From Eledone cirrhosa (Eukaryota), in contig OZ024745.1 of NCBI GenBank assembly GCA_964016885.1, forward strand, positions 372,001 through 436,000: a DNA stretch of 64,000 nucleotides. Direction: 5' to 3'. The notes under the pieces were generated by a model that did no database searches, had not been told where the DNA came from, and saw only the letters and a list, made by a program, of their open reading frames with translations. Position numbers and translations under genes: made by a program. This document shows positions 62,531 through 64,000 of the stretch, in pieces. How positions within the stretch are numbered: position 1 is the first letter of the stretch; each line of letters opens with the position of its first letter.

Positions 62531-64000
62531 TCATCATCATCATCATCGTTTAACGTCTATCTTCCAAGCTAGCATGGATTTAGAAGGGAATTGTCCCACG
62601 TGAGGCAAGATTGGTTGTCTTGCTCATATAGGACTGTCTGGCGGGTTTTCTACGACTGGATGCCCTTCCTAACACCAACCACATTTACAGTGTGGACTGG
62701 GAGGTTCTTACCGTGTTACCTACACGGCCACATTACAGCGTGGACTGTGTGTTTTTTTGTTGTGACACCTACACGACCTCATTTATTTAGGACTGGATGT
62801 TGTGGTACCAACATAACTTTAGGTGTAGAAAGGGTGGGGGTAAGGGTAGTAGGATGGGGGTGTATTTTTGGTTAGGAGGTGCCTACTGATTGTAGTTTTC
62901 GCTTTATACTTACGCAAGGTGGGTCTTCTGTATTACTGCGTAGCGCCAAAGATCTCGGTCCAGTCACATTGTCTTGGAGAGGTGTAAGTGTGTAAGGTCG
63001 GAATTTACCATGTCGTCCCAGGTTTTTCTGGGTCTGCCTACTCCATAGCTTCTATCAATTTTGATCGCCCTGCACTTTTTTATACAGCTGTCATCTTTCA
63101 TGCGCATCACGTGACCATACCAACGTAGTCTTCTCTCGAGTAAACAGCATCTGATCCCTCTTATTCCTAATTTCTCACTTAGTTCATTTATGCTTTGCCG
63201 TTCACGTATATAACTATTACACATCCAACGGAGCATGCAAGCTTCATTCCTCTCCAGTCTGCGCAGATCCTCTGCACACAATGCCCAGGTCTCACTGCCA
63301 TGTAACATTGCTGTTCGTATGCAGGCATCATACAGTCTGCCTTTCATTTTTAGGGAGAAACCTTTAACTGCCAATAGTGGTATAAGCTCTCTGAACTTTT
63401 TCCATCCGTTCTGATTCTAGCTACTGTACTTTCAGAGCACCCTCCACCACTGCTGATTTTGTCACCCAGGTAACAGAAGGTGTCCACTATTTCTATAGAA
63501 CCATCTGGGCAATGGAAGGAGCTAGTATCCTGTGGTCACTTGCTACTACTTATTGTACCTGAGCACCGGCCACATATAAAATCTATATTCTTAGTTAGTT
63601 TACCTGTGATCCCACTACATCTTTTATGCACCCATACTTTGCATTTGGGACATAAAATGGAGTTTCTGCCTACTCCTTCCCTATTTTCCTTCCTAGAACT
63701 TTAGTCTTAGACAAGTTAATTTTAAGGCCTTTTGATTCTAGGCCATGTTTTCCAAGTTTGGAATTTCTTCTCTATTTCAGCCATCGATTCAACTATGAGC
63801 GTTAGATCATCTGCGTATAGAAGTTCCCATGGGCAGCCGGTCTTCAACTCCTCTGTTATAGCTTGAAGGGCAATAATAAATAGGAGGGGGCTAAGGACAG
63901 AGCCTTGGTGAACACCAACTTTTACACTAAATTCTTCACAATATTCATTGTTAATTCTAACCTTACTGACTGTTTCTTTATACATGGCTTGTATAGCTCT
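62531..64000 (-). pseudogene. Decayed sister copy of the RTE LINE (runs off the window end)
   Basis: High identity to 24581-25994. Frameshifts near 63405 and 63745, a deletion removing the first CxxC of the PHD finger near 63680, and a (GAT)n tail at 62531-62547. Confidence 0.93.

Overview
AT-rich, repeat-dominated eukaryotic DNA. It is most consistent with a cephalopod (Octopus-like) genome, an inference from the SINE families and microsatellite load. About half the window is minisatellite/satellite arrays (41, 47, 36, 32-plus, 17/25/42, 25 and 24 bp units). It carries one ORF-intact RTE-clade LINE (APE endonuclease + RT with an in-frame PHD-type zinc finger), a decayed sister copy, older RTE fragments, many tRNA-derived SINEs and a probable non-autonomous Helitron. 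Several short minus-strand exons probably belong to an unidentified host gene whose introns hold the repeats. The most unusual signal is a set of small elements inserted into (TA)n tracts: four consecutive hammerhead-ribozyme-bearing inserts at 3.4-4.45 kb, a half-hammerhead insert at 27.1 kb, and a 131-bp-arm palindrome built on a full tRNA-like cloverleaf at 21.05-21.4 kb. The palindrome shares the Penelope-type inverted-arm-plus-tail architecture, so it may be a tRNA-headed element mobilised by Penelope-like retroelements. Almost all long ORFs in the track are repeat artefacts. Boundaries of SINEs, fragments and arrays were read by eye and are approximate.
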